64,000 bases of DNA from the human T2T-CHM13v2.0 reference genome, Homo sapiens. Both the position numbers and the translations under genes were made by a program. This document shows, in pieces, positions 32,601-47,768 of the stretch. Under the pieces are notes generated by a model, which ran no database searches, had not been told where the DNA came from, and worked only from the letters and a program-made list of their open reading frames with translations. How positions within the stretch are numbered: position 1 is the stretch's first letter; every line of letters starts with the position of its first letter. Where the stretch lies: assembly GCF_009914755.1 (NCBI RefSeq), contig NC_060926.1. One strand, written 5' to 3'.

Positions 32601-34954
32601 TTTTGCTGGAGTCGGCTTTCACTTTCATGCTGCAAACTCCTGAGTTTGTGGGCCTGATCCCAGCCTCTGGTCCTCTCTCTGAGACAATCGCCCCCGTAAT
32701 GAAAGCCATCCTTTGTGGGGCCATGAGTGTGCTTGCATGGTTTAGGTGCTAAATGTGGCAAACGCACATGCACCTAGGACAGCCCAGCTGAAAGCAACAA
32801 TGCCTGCTCGCACCTATCTAAATGGCCGGGGTGACACTTACCAATGCGTGCGTCACCAGTGCATGCTGGGTCTCCCTCACATTCAGGCCATGCGAGGTTC
32901 ATTGGTGCTTTGGATTTTAGAATACAGAGTGACTGTCTCTGATGAGTGATGTCTTCTAGGGGCATCATGGGCTGCTCCTATGTGGAGCCCAGCTGAGCAG
33001 CAGTGAGAGGCTCACTAGAGTCCTGTGTTCAGAGCAGAATTAGTACCACCACATATGATGCTGTGTCCTCACATGTGTGCAAGCGATAACAGGCTAGCAT
33101 GGCAGCTCTGGTAATGTGGACGTGGCGGCTAAGAGTCAGTGCCATGAGTGCCGTCTCTTCCAGTTCTTCTGTCCCTTGGAGAAATAAAGCAATCAATGCC
33201 TTGCTCATTGTCAAACCTCTTGTAAGAGGATGGTGGATGGAACTCAGTGAAGGCTGCATGCCCTGACCTGTTATTTTCAAGCCTCAGTATTATACCATGG
33301 AAGCTACTGCACTATTTCCACCAGAACAGCACAGCCACACATGACCACGCACTCTATTACATGTCGGACATTTATCAATAATAGCTCAAGGACAAAAGAA
33401 GCTTGAGGTTACAAGAGGCTTTTGGCAAAAGCATCTTACTAAGTTGCATATTTAGGTGCTGAGGAAAGAAGCCTCAAACAGTAGTGAAAATTTGTTAAAC
33501 TCTATGTGCTCAGAAATGGCAAAAATAACATGGGACAGAAGGAGCCAAGAGCAGCTTCTGCAGATTTCCTTGTTAAATTGCGTAAACCTCCCCCGGTATT
33601 CTCCAGACTCAGTGGAGAGATCTTGCAATGATACTTCATGGAAGGTGTCAAAGCAAGTCCTCTTAAAGTGGGTACTCAAATCACCTTGGCTACAGGCAAC
33701 TCTCCGGATTTTAAAGAGATCATTAAAAAAATAAGAACTTTTGTAATCAACCAAGGAATCAAAAAGAATTGTTATACATGATCTCGACAGAGAATTAAAG
33801 AGTAAGAGCCAGTTCATTTGGAACCAACAATATCCTACGGCATGAGAAAAATTAATCAAGATCTGTTCTCTGTGTGAAAAGAGTAGCTCACGTGATCTCC
33901 ACTCTCATTTATTTGCCAAAAAAGATACTGCCTCCATAATTGCAGGATGGGTGCCCTCCTAAGCTGACTACCACAGGTGTCATCCAAGACTCATTCTAAG
34001 CCAATGCCTCTCCCTGGCTGGTGGAGCTCACTTGGCATGGAGGCCCCTATATGCGTTATTCCACCTCAGGCTTGTTAAAATCATCTGAAATTTTAAATAT
34101 CGATTAATTTATTTGCCTCCAAATGTAATATTGTTGATGGCTTTGAAAATGCAGGGTTTGTCATTTGCCTAAGCTCTTCCCCTGTCTATTCTTTATTTGA
34201 ACTCCTTCTTCAATGCCAGTGGCAGGGTCTGGTGGTCCTGGTGTGCTACACTGACCCGTGAATCCTAAGACGGGGAACAAGGAATGGGGGAAGCTCCGGA
34301 TGTGGGTGGACACTCCATCTCCCTCTCAGTGATTCTCCCTTTCCTACAGGCTGACCTGCTTACCAATGCCAGCATGTTCCTTGGCAGCAGAGTTGAAAGT
34401 CACACATGTGAGCCTCATTGAAAGAGTGGTTCATTCATCTGGCTTCATTCTAGGTCCTGTAGCCCCTCTGGTCTATACAGGAAGCCTCCATGTGGAGCAG
34501 CCATGCTCTCTGAGATTCCACTCAGGGTATTAGGGCCAAAGCCAAATAGCAAGTGCTCCTTTGCTAATCATTATTCTCACCCACTAGAGACCTTCTGATG
34601 CACACAGCTAGACTAGGAGGGTGATTAGAGTCCCACGTTTCAGACAAAATACGATTATCACAAACCATCTGCTGCAACAGAGCCATGCTGAGGCTGCGGT
34701 GGTGGGAACAGCCCACCCAGGGGTCAGCAATAGGGGATGCATTGCCTGGAGGGGATTTTAAAACAATATGAAAACTTACTAAAAGTTGATTATCACCAAG
34801 TTTTTATTACCACCATTCTAAAGAATGTTGGCAATAACATGCTTCTCTCCACAAACATCTTGTATTGGTCTGAGTTCTAAACAATTGCCATGGTTACTCT
34901 TGAGTTTTAATAATATAAATGTAGGTCTCAAATGAGCAGATCTTCACCACATAT

Positions 34955-36420
<1,466 letters not shown>

Positions 36421-39400
36421 GACGTACTCTTTAATAAATATTATACCCTACAGGGAAGTTGATTCAGAGAGCTCCGAGTTATATGGAATGCCCCACAACT
36501 CACAGCAATTCAGCTATTCACCTTTTTTTTTTAATTCAAATCCTGCTCAGGTGCAGTTTGTGACCCCAGCCCTGTGGTACTTCATGTTCTTATATTCTAA
36601 TAGTACACTCAAAAGAAGCAATGGTCTCACAGTGATTGTAAAGGGAATCACACATCCCCAGAGCTATCCCAACACTGTGGCTGCAGGTGACCACATGAAC
36701 TTCCCCTTTATGTTGAAAATCCAACACAGCGAAGCAGCAGAGATCACAAGATATCTTTTGTTTGGTAAGCGCAAACTTTATTTCATACATGAAATAATTT
36801 ATTGAATTTAATGATATATTTGAAATTAAAAGTTTTTCTTTTTAAATAATTTATTGTCTTAAACTAAAGAATGACTCAAGAAACCATTACTGGTTATTGC
36901 ACGATTATCAGTGAAAATGATTTTGTTTAATAAAGGAAGGAAAGATGATCCACTGTGCATGATAACTTTGAGGGGTGTGCCCCTCTCACCTAGTTGGAAA
37001 AGCAGCAGTTCAGTCTTTTCAACAGTGCTGGGGAACCTAAGCCTCGGGAGAGCTGAGTTCCAGCCCAGCCCTGCCCCATACCTCCTTTAGCCTAGGAGAC
37101 TCATTCGAACTTTCAGGCCAGGGTCCTTCGCCCGCAAAGTGAGACCCTGGGAGAAGAGGACCTTTCAAAACAGAGATCAAATGCTGATTCTGAAGCATAT
37201 GGTGCAGTCTCAACCCCTGAGGCATTTTGCAATATAGGCAAAAAGATGAGACATGCACACTCATGAAAAGTTAAATAGCTGTAGAAGATGCCAGCACAAA
37301 ATAAATCACAAAGCAGAAAATGACAGGCACCAAGTAAACGGAGCCAGCAACTCCAGTCCTCAGTCAGAACCTGGAGAGACCACATGGCCTGGAGGGAGCT
37401 GGGAAGCTTTCTAAACACAACCAAGCTTGGGGCAGTTTCTGGAGGCACTTTGCTTGGTTATATTTAATTTATAACCCCAGGCTTATTTAGCTGTGGTTTA
37501 AAACTGGATCGATGCATCTTCTTTCAGCCAGAGCCTCAGAACTCCAAGGACAGCACTGATGGTGTGCATTGAAGGAAGGGCCTGGAGGGTCTCCTGCCTC
37601 TCCGCAGTCCCCAGCACACGCACTCCCCATGGAACAGAAACGGTCTATGGCTCCCTATGAGCCCTGAAGGGCCAGCTTCTCAGGGCTCTCTCACCTCTAC
37701 CTTCTGCCACTTGGGTTCCTGGCACCTGCTGCCCATCTGCATGACCTGTGCGATGGAACATGGTCCCTGTGCTCAGGCAGCTCAGCAGGACACAGGTAGA
37801 TAGCATGTGGCAGCTTAGGCACTTCTGGGAACAGCCAAGGTGAGCATATGTGCCTGCACTTGCCTGAGTTTCCACACCAGAAAGCTGATTTTAGTATTTT
37901 TCTTTTGCACCCCAAAAACCAGCTTTCCCACAAGCAGGTTTGCAGTGTGGCCAGCTGCCAGCCGGGCTGGGTAGAGCTGTCCTCACTCTTAATTCTTCTG
38001 GTTTGTTTATAAGGCTGCTTTCTTCATTCTTGCTTCTCCAGATTATCTGTTCCCCTGAGGGCAAAGGGAAACCAGGCAGCCCCACATTGACTGCAGCTCA
38101 GTGTTCTCTGAAATGCAATTAAAATGTTAAGAAAGATGGACAATCATTACTTTGTACTCTACACAAAAAATTCCCCTCCTAATGGCCTAATGTGGGAGGT
38201 GATGCAGTGAGTGAGCCCAGGGCTGTGTCTACAAAATGCCAACACAACCAGTGGCAAAACGAGTCATTTCTGTCTCATTGCCAATCTCCCCACCTGGTTT
38301 CCCTCCTGGCGCCCCACCCCATAGTCAGTTAACTAGATGATTTATTCTGACATCGTGGAAGGCAGGGCCACAGAACAGGAGAGCCAGGTGCAGAGCAGCT
38401 TCACGGGGCACGATGGGGCTCCCTTCACTCTTTCCATGAGAAGAACTACAAATTTTTACTCTTCTGAGTTCTTGCAAAGACAAAATGGCAGATACAGGCA
38501 CACCTAGGGCATGCATATTACACCTGCCCAACTTTCTCCATGCCCCAGACCTGGCCTCGGCATCCCTCCTGGGACACCCCCAGGCGTCCTCAGCCACCTT
38601 GAGACAAAACTGAAGGACCTGCTATCCGGGGCCAGGTGGTGCCTCTCTTATGTGAAATCACTATTCCTTCCAGCAGCCCAAAGACCAGCGACATACCTTG
38701 TTTTATAGATGCTGAAGTGGGCCTAGCAGCCGGTCAGGATTCCCAGCTAGGACGAAAGAGAACCCCAGGCTCCCTCTCCCTCCCCAGCCCATCAGCCGCT
38801 CATCCCCACACTGGGAGTAAGCATTCACTGTGCTCCAGGCACCGTGTTGGACGTGGGCGTGAGTATAATAGAATAGTCTTTCTCTTCTGAGCACTCACAT
38901 TGTAGGGAAAACCATAAAACATTAGACTCTCTCATGAAGGAGGCCCGATTTGGTGGCTAAGACAAGGCTGACTAATGGCAACATGTGTACCCATCCTCCT
39001 CTTGCCTCCCACACCAGCCGGTCCTTACTCTATCACAAGACTTCCATGGTTCAGCGGAGCACGAGCCCAAGCACAAGGAGGTTAAAGCCTGGCTGTGCCA
39101 CGGCTGCTCTTGTGGACCACTCTCGTGCTCGATCAGCTTGTCTGCTGGATCACACAGCCTGTGGGCTCATTTCCATGAATGCTTAAGGCTTTCTGGGTAC
39201 CTTCTCAGGGCCCAGCCTAACAAACAGAACATTATCAGGAGCACCCAGAAACTGGGTGAGGAGATGATGAAACAGATGGGGCAGACAGGGGGCTGCAGCT
39301 GGGGCTAAGTCTGCAGAGAAGCCATGGGTGCTCAGCCAGGCACACCCAGATTTGAATCTGGACTGTCACCTGCTGCTTGTGAGTCTTGGGCAAGGTGGTG

Positions 39401-40571
39401 ATGGAATATAGCACAGCATGTCATGAGGTGATACCCCAAATTTTTCAGATAATCAGTGTTAACAAGCCCAATGTGGGCTGACGGAGTCCAGGAAGGCTTC
39501 TTGGAGGAGGCAGTGCTGGAGTCCTGTAAGTGTCCAGGTGGGAGTGGGTGGGGACATGGAGTGGCAAGAGGAGAGGTTATGGGGCTGGAATAATAGGCTG
39601 CCTTCCCAGACCGAGGCATGCTGGGCTTTCCTGAAGCAGAAGATGTGGGAGAGTGAGCATCAGGTGAAACTTGGTACAGGGCAGGACGGGCCAGGAGGGC
39701 TCCCTTGATATGTCGCACCCATCTGCAGCTGAGGCAAACACGTCTTCCAGTGCCCACTTCCACAGCTTTCTAAAAGGACCAATTATCACCTTTCATGCTA
39801 ACGTTATTGTTGTTCCTCCTCAGTGTGGGCCATGGGCCAGGAGCCACCAGTACATGTCAGTTCTGCTTAATTAGGAGGGGAAGTCATCTGTTTTTATTCA
39901 TACAAGCGTGTGGTGGAAAATAAATTCATGCAAAATGTTAGGTTTAAATACTAGATGTCAGAAAACAGTGCTTCAGTTTGGATCCCTTGGGCTCCTGCGA
40001 GGGCTTGCCTCCAGGCTCCTGGGCTGCACAGACCACTTGGTGCTGAGAGTGAGCCTGGGCATTTCCCATTTGTTCTCTCCCCTCATCCTTATCTCAGCCC
40101 TAAGAGGCACCCAGAGTCAGAGGCCCAGATGCACGATAAGTCATTAGTGGCATCAGAATCCACACAGCAGCAGCCCTGCTAGGGGCCTGGCCTTCTGCCG
40201 CCATAGCAGGAGCATCAGGCAGTGCAGGCAGCCAGTGGACCCTCATTCTGTCCCTCATGTGGGGCCTCCTCTATAGCCCTCCACTGTCCATGCTGCCTCC
40301 TAAGTGTTAGCACCCAGCGCCTTCTGGCGCTCCTGCAGCCATGCTTGGACTGACTGCTTTGTCAGCTCACTCTGGGGTCCACGACCATGGCCAGCAAGGT
40401 GCTGACAGCCAGCCTTTCCCGTCTGTGCCCAGTTGTGACTTTGTGGGGTACACCCAGTACTTTGGCTTCTTGAAGAAAGAAGAACCACATAGCTGAGCCG
40501 AGAGAAGATGTGCATTTCCCAAGCCCCAGCCATCTGCCAGAAGGCCACTCTGCCGGTGGCCCCGGCTTTAC

Positions 40572-40643
40572 CTAATGATTCATCAGCAATTCTGGAAGAG
40601 AAAGGTGTTCTCCTAGTGATGGATTTACTCCATATCGCTGACT
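40572..40643 (-). other. Candidate 72-nt exon of an unidentified minus-strand transcript
   Basis: Acceptor tttcctttttactcttttctgtccAG and donor TAG|GTAAAG; no expression evidence. Confidence 0.35.
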
Positions 40644-42433
40644 CTGGACAGAAAAGAGTAAAAAGGAAACACAATTTTCCATCTGAAAACATGTGTTCTC
40701 TTAACTTACCTTAAGAAAGAATGTCAACTTCTTTGTGACTGCTCTCTCCTTTTAAGAGAACATTTTCTCAGTTATTGCTCTGACAACACAAGGAGGGCAT
40801 GTGTTCTGAAGAGCTCAAGGTATAGAATACCACACCTGTTCTGCTAATTCCATCAGCAACATGCTTAGTGTGGGCGTCGTAGATAAGGGCTTAATAATGT
40901 TCCGTCAGCACCAGATCCAGGAGTAACACGGATGATGGTCACAGTTCACTGAATGCATGCAAGCATTTTTTTTCCAATTTGTTATTATCATTTAAATTAG
41001 AAATACTTTGTGTTACTAGATAAGCAGGCCAGGAGCATCAAGATCCAACCTAGCCAAAGTTCATTGTCTGGGGTCACACAACCAAGGCCTCCCAACCCCC
41101 TGCAGTGAGCTGTGTGGGGCCCGTGCTCTTCAGTCCCTGAGGCATGGAGCCTCAGCTTGTGGGATCCAGGAGCGGGGCATAGGGGGACTTCCTTGAAGAA
41201 AGCCTCAAAGCTGGTGAGTGAGCACTGCCTCTCAGGGCCTCTTTCTCCCAGAGACATCAGGGTCTCACTGCCCCTTCCAGCTATCCAGCCAACCAGGTGA
41301 CACTGGGGAGACAAGCAGTCAGAGGGACTCAAACCAGGCAGCTTGCATTTGAGTGTGACGTGCAGATGGTTCCAGGGAGCCCTGGTGTTCCAGGGAGCAC
41401 CTCAGGGTGGCTGTGTGGGTGGTGGCAACAACTTTCCACACAGATATACACCTGCTTCACACTGCTATTTAACCAGAGCACATTTGCCTTTGGCCGCTCT
41501 ACTGAAGTCTGTGTTTTAGGCAAAGTTGTTAGACCCGAAAACATGTGAGTCATTACAATAAAAGCATTGCCCTTGGACATAGACAAACTTTGTTTCCATC
41601 TCAACTCCCTCATCCACCATTATGTATCATTATTTAGGGCTTGCATTCACTTATCCAAAAACTATTTACTGAGCATCTTCCATGTGACAAGAACTGTTTT
41701 ATTAAATGAGATTACCTGCAATAAATTATAGCTATACGATGCGTATTGGTAAGAAGTGTGGGAGTGTCTACAACTTTACCCTCAAAGTATCCATGCAATG
41801 ATACCAATAAATGCATGTCTCTGCCACTTATGTAGTATGTATATGTGCACCCCATGTCTGTGTACATGTATCTCAGCACCTCTCCCATGGATTTGGTGCT
41901 AGGTAGCAGGATGTTACAGACACTGAAGGAATGCACAGCTTGGAGGTAGAAACAGGACTGTAAAAAATGAAGCAGGTAAACAGAACAAGCAGACACTCAG
42001 TAAATCAGAGAGGGCTTCCTGGAGGAGGTGAGATTTGAATTGAGGCTTAAACTCTCACTCAGTAGGTAATTGCTTGAGCACCTAGCACTCATCTTACCTC
42101 CCAGCACCCTGATTTCTCTTAGCTGACTCCCTTTATCCTATTGGCATATTTCATTTACCACAGTGGTTCATCCTGGGAGGTGCACAAATCCCAGTAACAG
42201 CCAATGAGAATGACATGTGGGCCTCATGCTGGTGCCATTGGCACTAGAGGCTCCTCTTTTTGCTGGATGTGCACAAGGGAGCATGTTGGCCTGGAGCTCT
42301 GGAGATGATCCCAAGAGGGCAAGGCTGGCAGAGAAGAATAGGGCCAAGAGATGAAGGGGCCACATCCTGATCCACCACCGAGCTCAATTCAGACATGACC
42401 AAACTGCCCTGACCTCGAACTGTTCAGTTATTC

Positions 42434-43082
42434 TGAAACCACCCCTATAAACTTTATGAAAATTAATCAAGGAAGAAGAGAGATGGGGAAATGAAATGAA
42501 AGCTGGCTTGCAGCACATTCAGCATTCATCACCAGGTTAGGCTGCTGTCTCACCTGCTTCCTCATGGTTGCTTGTTGCCTGATGTCCTAGAATCATGTAG
42601 ACTCTGTTACAAGATTCCAGTTATCCTTACCTGCTCTATAGATAACAACTTGAATATTATGAAAGGTTAAGTTTTCCCTTTGAGAAATTCTTTTAGGTCC
42701 TGTATAAGAGTGAAACTACCAATGCCAGCTGGTCTGAAGGATGCCGCTGATGCCAGCTGGTCTGTAGGGCCCCACTGATGCCAGCTGTCTGAGGACCCCA
42801 GGAGGAGCTGACTCACCGAAGAGTGCAGTTTCCACATTCTGATAATTTCACCTTCTTTCCCCCAACCAATCAATGACCCCAGTCTTCCAGGCCCTCACCC
42901 TCCATGATCCCCATAGAAACCCCAGGCAAAAGTTCCTTGGGTAGAGGGATTTGAGGGTCTCCTCCCTTCTCCTTGCTTGGTGGCCTGCGATCACTACACT
43001 CTTTCTGTGCTGCATCCCTGTGGTCTCAGTGTTTTGGTCTGTTACTGTGCAGCAGGCATACAAACCTGTGAGTACTACAACA
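42434..43082 (+). mobile_element. ERV1 solo LTR (LTR26-like)
   Basis: TG...CA termini; 4-bp TSD attc at 42430-42433 and 43083-43086; start 'tgaaaccacccctataaactttat'. Confidence 0.8.
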
Positions 43083-46000
43083 ATTCCAGCAAGTCAATCC
43101 AATTCTAGTAGGATTTTCTGAAATGGAAACTTTGACAGACAAAGACAGAGAGTATATTTTAACAAACACTTCCCCTCATTCTTCAGGAAAAGACTGGTAC
43201 AAGCCCTGAGGCAGATGGATCTATGAGAAGGGTCTGTCTGGATCAGCTCTGGTTCTTCTCCCTCTTATCACCAGGGTTTGCTTGTCCCCAGAGCCATGCA
43301 TTTAATTTTCATTTGTTTTCTATATACTTCCAGTCAGATTTCAATAAATAATATATTCTCAGCCTTTCATCATAAATTTGTATCAGTCTAGAATAATTCC
43401 CAATTATATAACCTGCTTTGCCAGGAGGTTTGGCCTCCTGCTGGCCTCTGCAGAACTAAGACTGACTTATATCCTCTGTTTCTCACTTAGCCCCGTGGAA
43501 GCAAAGTCCCCATTGGATGCCAGCTCACCCCGACTTATCCTGGAGTTTTCTGTCCTGAGTTTTCCAACTTCTGCATGCAGTTTTCTCTCCCACGCCAGCA
43601 AGTAAGTATTCACTCAGTTCACTGTTATCTTTAAAGGAATCTCCAGTGTGGATCTGACTGAGAAGCCTCCATTAGAGGAACAGGATGATGTGACACTTCC
43701 TGTGTTGCACTATTAAACCTCCCCTTGCCCCCACAACTTAGACTTTTTGGTTAACGTTCCTCACTCAATCTCATTTGGGCTGTGTTGTTTATGCCCTTCC
43801 CTTCATCTGGAATGCCCATCCCTTCTCCACCTTTCTCTAGGTCCTCAACATTCAGGGACGGGAAGTTTCCCACCCTGTATTCTGAGATGATGACCTGGGC
43901 TCTGTATTGATGCCCCTTGTGCCTCTTTACAGACACCTGCCTCCACCTGCCTTGTTGTTTGTCTGTTTGCCTCCCCCACTAATTTATGAGATCCACTTAG
44001 AACATAACTCCCACCTCAGTCTCTTGGGAAAATGTAGGTGGTTAATAAATGTGTGTTAAAATATACTTAATTGAGCTAAACATGAAGTAATCTAAAAACT
44101 TGCAGTGGTAAAATCATTTAGTAAATTAATGTCTCTAGACAGGTGTGATCGCAGGGCTGAGAGTGGGCTGCCAGCATCTAATGATTCGGTGCATCCTTTC
44201 AGATTGAGCTGTGCACAGCTTTGTGGGCACTCTGAGGGACTGGGCAGCATTAATAATTCAGGTGCTCCATTCGGAGAGGCTTGGGCGGTGCCAGAGCTGG
44301 AGGAAAAGGCAAAATGACTCAAGCTGAGAGAGGAGTGGGGAGGAAAATGCCAGAACACAGCTCTAATCTTGACTACTATTTAAAAAAAATCTTCAGCTGT
44401 CAATTTTGTATGCAGAGCTTGTCAGACTCTCAAATGAACCAGGGGAGATTTCCTCACTAAAACTAGGAAAAGGTTATATTTGATGAGGGGGTTTGAAAGA
44501 GGAGCATTAAAAATTACAATTCTTGATAAAAATGTGGAGAATTTTTTAAACGTTTGGGAGAGCAATTTTGAAGGGTCACTGGGTGTATTCATCCCTGAAG
44601 TGGTCTCCCCCAGCTTTGTGCAGTCTTGGTGCAGGAAGAACAGCATTTCTGTGAAATCCTACAGTCATAATGAAGGCAAGCACCTTGGGAAAAGAGCAGT
44701 TTATATGCAGAGGTGAAGGAGAAGGAGAGGAAATGGATCACACTAGCTCCTCAAATCGACAGATAGTTACTGTAGCCTCCGCTCCCAGGGGCAGCTGCGG
44801 AGCTGGAAGCTCAGTAAATACAAATAGGCTCGAGGCCCTGCCTGTGCTCCCTCCCAGTCATGCCCAGGAGGAGCTCACTGTGGGATGCAGCACTCAAGGC
44901 AGGAACCTATGAAAAGGTGTCTAGTGACCTAATATCTGTATCAGGGCCCTGGTGAACACAGAGAGGCATAGAAGGCTGTTTTCTCCTCCAGAAGCTCACA
45001 GCATACTTGAAAAACAGTCCACAAACCCACACAAATTTACAAAACAGAAGTTTGCTCATGGCACAGAAAAACAATGAAGAAAGGTTTATAGTGTGTGCAG
45101 GCCATGTGTGGTCTCTAGATGAGATTGAAGGATGGGACGAGTGCTCTAGGTCATGGCGATGGAAAAGACTGTGGAAGATGCAGAGCTGGAGCTACAGAGT
45201 GAAGAGCAGGTTGGATGAATACCGACAGGAGCAAGTCGGAAGCACCGCTGCGCTGTGGGAGTGAGAGCACATGATGGATAGGTGGACACTGGCATCTAGC
45301 ACTGACCAGCAGGAGCCATTCTTTCCCCTGCTGGAGTCTCAGCCCCTGTCCTTAGGATGATTGGAGGCTAACCATGGACAATTCCAGTTCGGCATCCTAC
45401 GTTCTTTAAATAGGTGGTTGGAAAATTGGCGTTTGCAGGGGTTGAGGGCAAAATAGCAGAGAGACTAATTCAAAAAATGTAAAGAGAAGAGGAGTGTTCC
45501 TGTTTCCCCCTGGGATTGCAAAGAACATACACAGTCCACTCCATGGCTACTGGGACACTGCCAACCTAGACTAATTAAACTCAAATATCTAGCATAATGT
45601 CAAGGATTCTAATAATGTAACAACAACATTTTTTGAAATAATTATTAAGCAAAAAAATTAAATTGGTAAATACAAGTTTTGGCCTGATCATGAATATTTT
45701 CCAATGCTCAAATCAAGAATCTAAGATTTTTCATACCCAACATAATGTCAGGGACAGGCTGGCAGCAGGGATGACAGGAGATATGATCAGGACAGTTATT
45801 CCGGAGAGAGCATCCCAGAAGTTCATCACTCACTTATGACTATTTCAGTTTTTAAACAAGGCTCAAGTCTCATTTTCAGATATTCAATATTAAGTTAAGA
45901 AAAAGAAACTAAAGGGATAGAAAAAGATATACCAGGAAAATATTAAAGAAAACTGGTTTAACAAAAGAAAATTTAAAGCAAAAGGCAATTGTTATTGAGA

Positions 46001-46299
46001 AAAAGAATTCTTGAACACAATAAAATGACCGATTTTCAAGAAAGCTATAGCGATCCAGAGCCTGTAAATGCCTCATAACATGGTTTAAAATATACATAAA
46101 GGTAGAACGGACTGAATTACAAGGGTAAATTGAGGAACCTAAACAGATAAATAACTCCGATGGGTGAAAATGTATAAAGTAGAAAACCAAAAATAGAGAA
46201 GTTCATGAAAAACAAAAGTTATACTTTAAAAAAGACTAATAACATTAACAGACTCTAAAAATAAAAAGAAAAAATAATGCTAAGAATAAAGTAGAGACT

Positions 46300-46620
46300 A
46301 AGTTGCCCCTTAGTATCCACGGACAATTGGTTCTATGACACACCACAGATACTGAAATCTGAGGATACACAAGTCTCTGATATAAGATGGCATAGTATTT
46401 GCATAACCTATGCACATCCTCCTGCATAATTTAAATCATGTCTAGATTGCTTATAATACCTAATACAGTGTAAGTGCTATGTAAATAGTTGTTAAAGTGT
46501 ATTTTTAAATTTGTGTTATTTTTTCATTTTTGTATTGTTACTTTTTTTTTCAAATATTTTCAATCCATAGTTGGTTAAATCTCTAGAGGAGGAACCCACA
46601 AATAAAGAGGGCTAACTGTA
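46300..46620. mobile_element. MER2-like Tigger (TcMar) non-autonomous DNA transposon
   Basis: Degenerate terminal inverted repeats agttgcccctt / agagggctaactg; TA flanks; 'gcataacctatgcacatcctcc' core. Confidence 0.8.
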
Positions 46621-46654
46621 TAAAAATATGTAGATATTTTAAAATTATAAAATA

Positions 46655-46965
46655 GATATCTTAGGGCTGCTATAAAAAATACGTTAGGTTGGGTAATTTA
46701 TAAACAACAGAAATTTATTGCTCACTATTCTGGAGGCTGGGAAGTCCAAGATCAAGGTGCCAACAGATTTGGTGGAAGGTGTAGGCCTGTTTCTCATAGA
46801 TGGCACCTTCTATGCATCCTCACATGGCAGAAAAGGCAGACAAGCTCCCTCAGACCTCATTTAAAAGGCCATTAATCCCATTCATGAAGGCTCCAAAGTC
46901 CCCATATCTTCATATCATCACCATGGGGGTTAGATTTCAACATATGAAGTTTAGGAGGGCACATA
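46655..46965 (-). mobile_element. MaLR solo LTR (MST/MLT1A class)
   Basis: 'gggtaatttataaacaacagaaatttattgctcactattctggaggctgggaagtccaagatc'. Confidence 0.8.
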
Positions 46966-47279
46966 CACCCACCAAAAATAAACAAGCCACAAGCTCAGGC
47001 AGTTTTGGAAGGAAATTCTATATTCCCAACCAAAATAATATAAAAGAGACTGTATATATTTATCTAGATAAAACAATCTGAAAAGTAGATCAAATATGTA
47101 AAGCCATGGTTTTTAAGACACTGCAACAAAGGACAGAGATTCTTGAGAGAGAGGAAATGAATGAAGTGAGCCCTAAAATTGCTACAACTTACTACACTGA
47201 GACAGTTTCAAAGTCATGGCACAGGATGGAAAAATCCCAGGGGAGCCCATTAGACTCCCTGCATTAAGAAGATGGAACT

Positions 47280-47768
47280 ATAAATCATGCTGCTATAAAG
47301 ACACATGCACACATATGTTTATTGCAGCACTATTCACAATAGCAAGGACTTGGAACCAACACAAATGTCCATCAATGAGAGACTGGATTAAGAAAATGTG
47401 GCACATATACACCATGGTATACTATGCAGCCATAAAAAAGGATGAATTCACGTCCTTTTAGGGACATGGGTGAAGCTGGAAACCATGATTCTCAGCAAAC
47501 TATCGCAGGGACAAAAAACCAAATACCACATGTTCTCACTCATAGATGGGAATTGAACAATGAGAACACTTGGACACAGGGTGGGGAACATCACACACTG
47601 GGGCCTGTTGGGGGGTGGGGGGAGAGGGGAGGGATAGCATTAGGAGATATACCTAATGTTAAATGACAAGTTAATGGGTGCAGCACACCAACATGGCACA
47701 TGTATATATATGTAACTAACCTGCACATTGTGCACATGTACCCTAAAACTTAAAGTGTAATAAAAAAA
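47280..47768 (+). mobile_element. 5'-truncated L1PA (L1PA4/5-like)
   Basis: Perfect 14-bp TSD aagaagatggaact at 47266-47279 and 47769-47782; ORF2 end, 3' UTR, poly(A). Confidence 0.95.

Noticed and set aside
40644-40709. 66-nt intron between donor AAG|GTAAGT and the 40643 acceptor
   Set aside because: At or below the usual minimum human intron size, with no clear branch point
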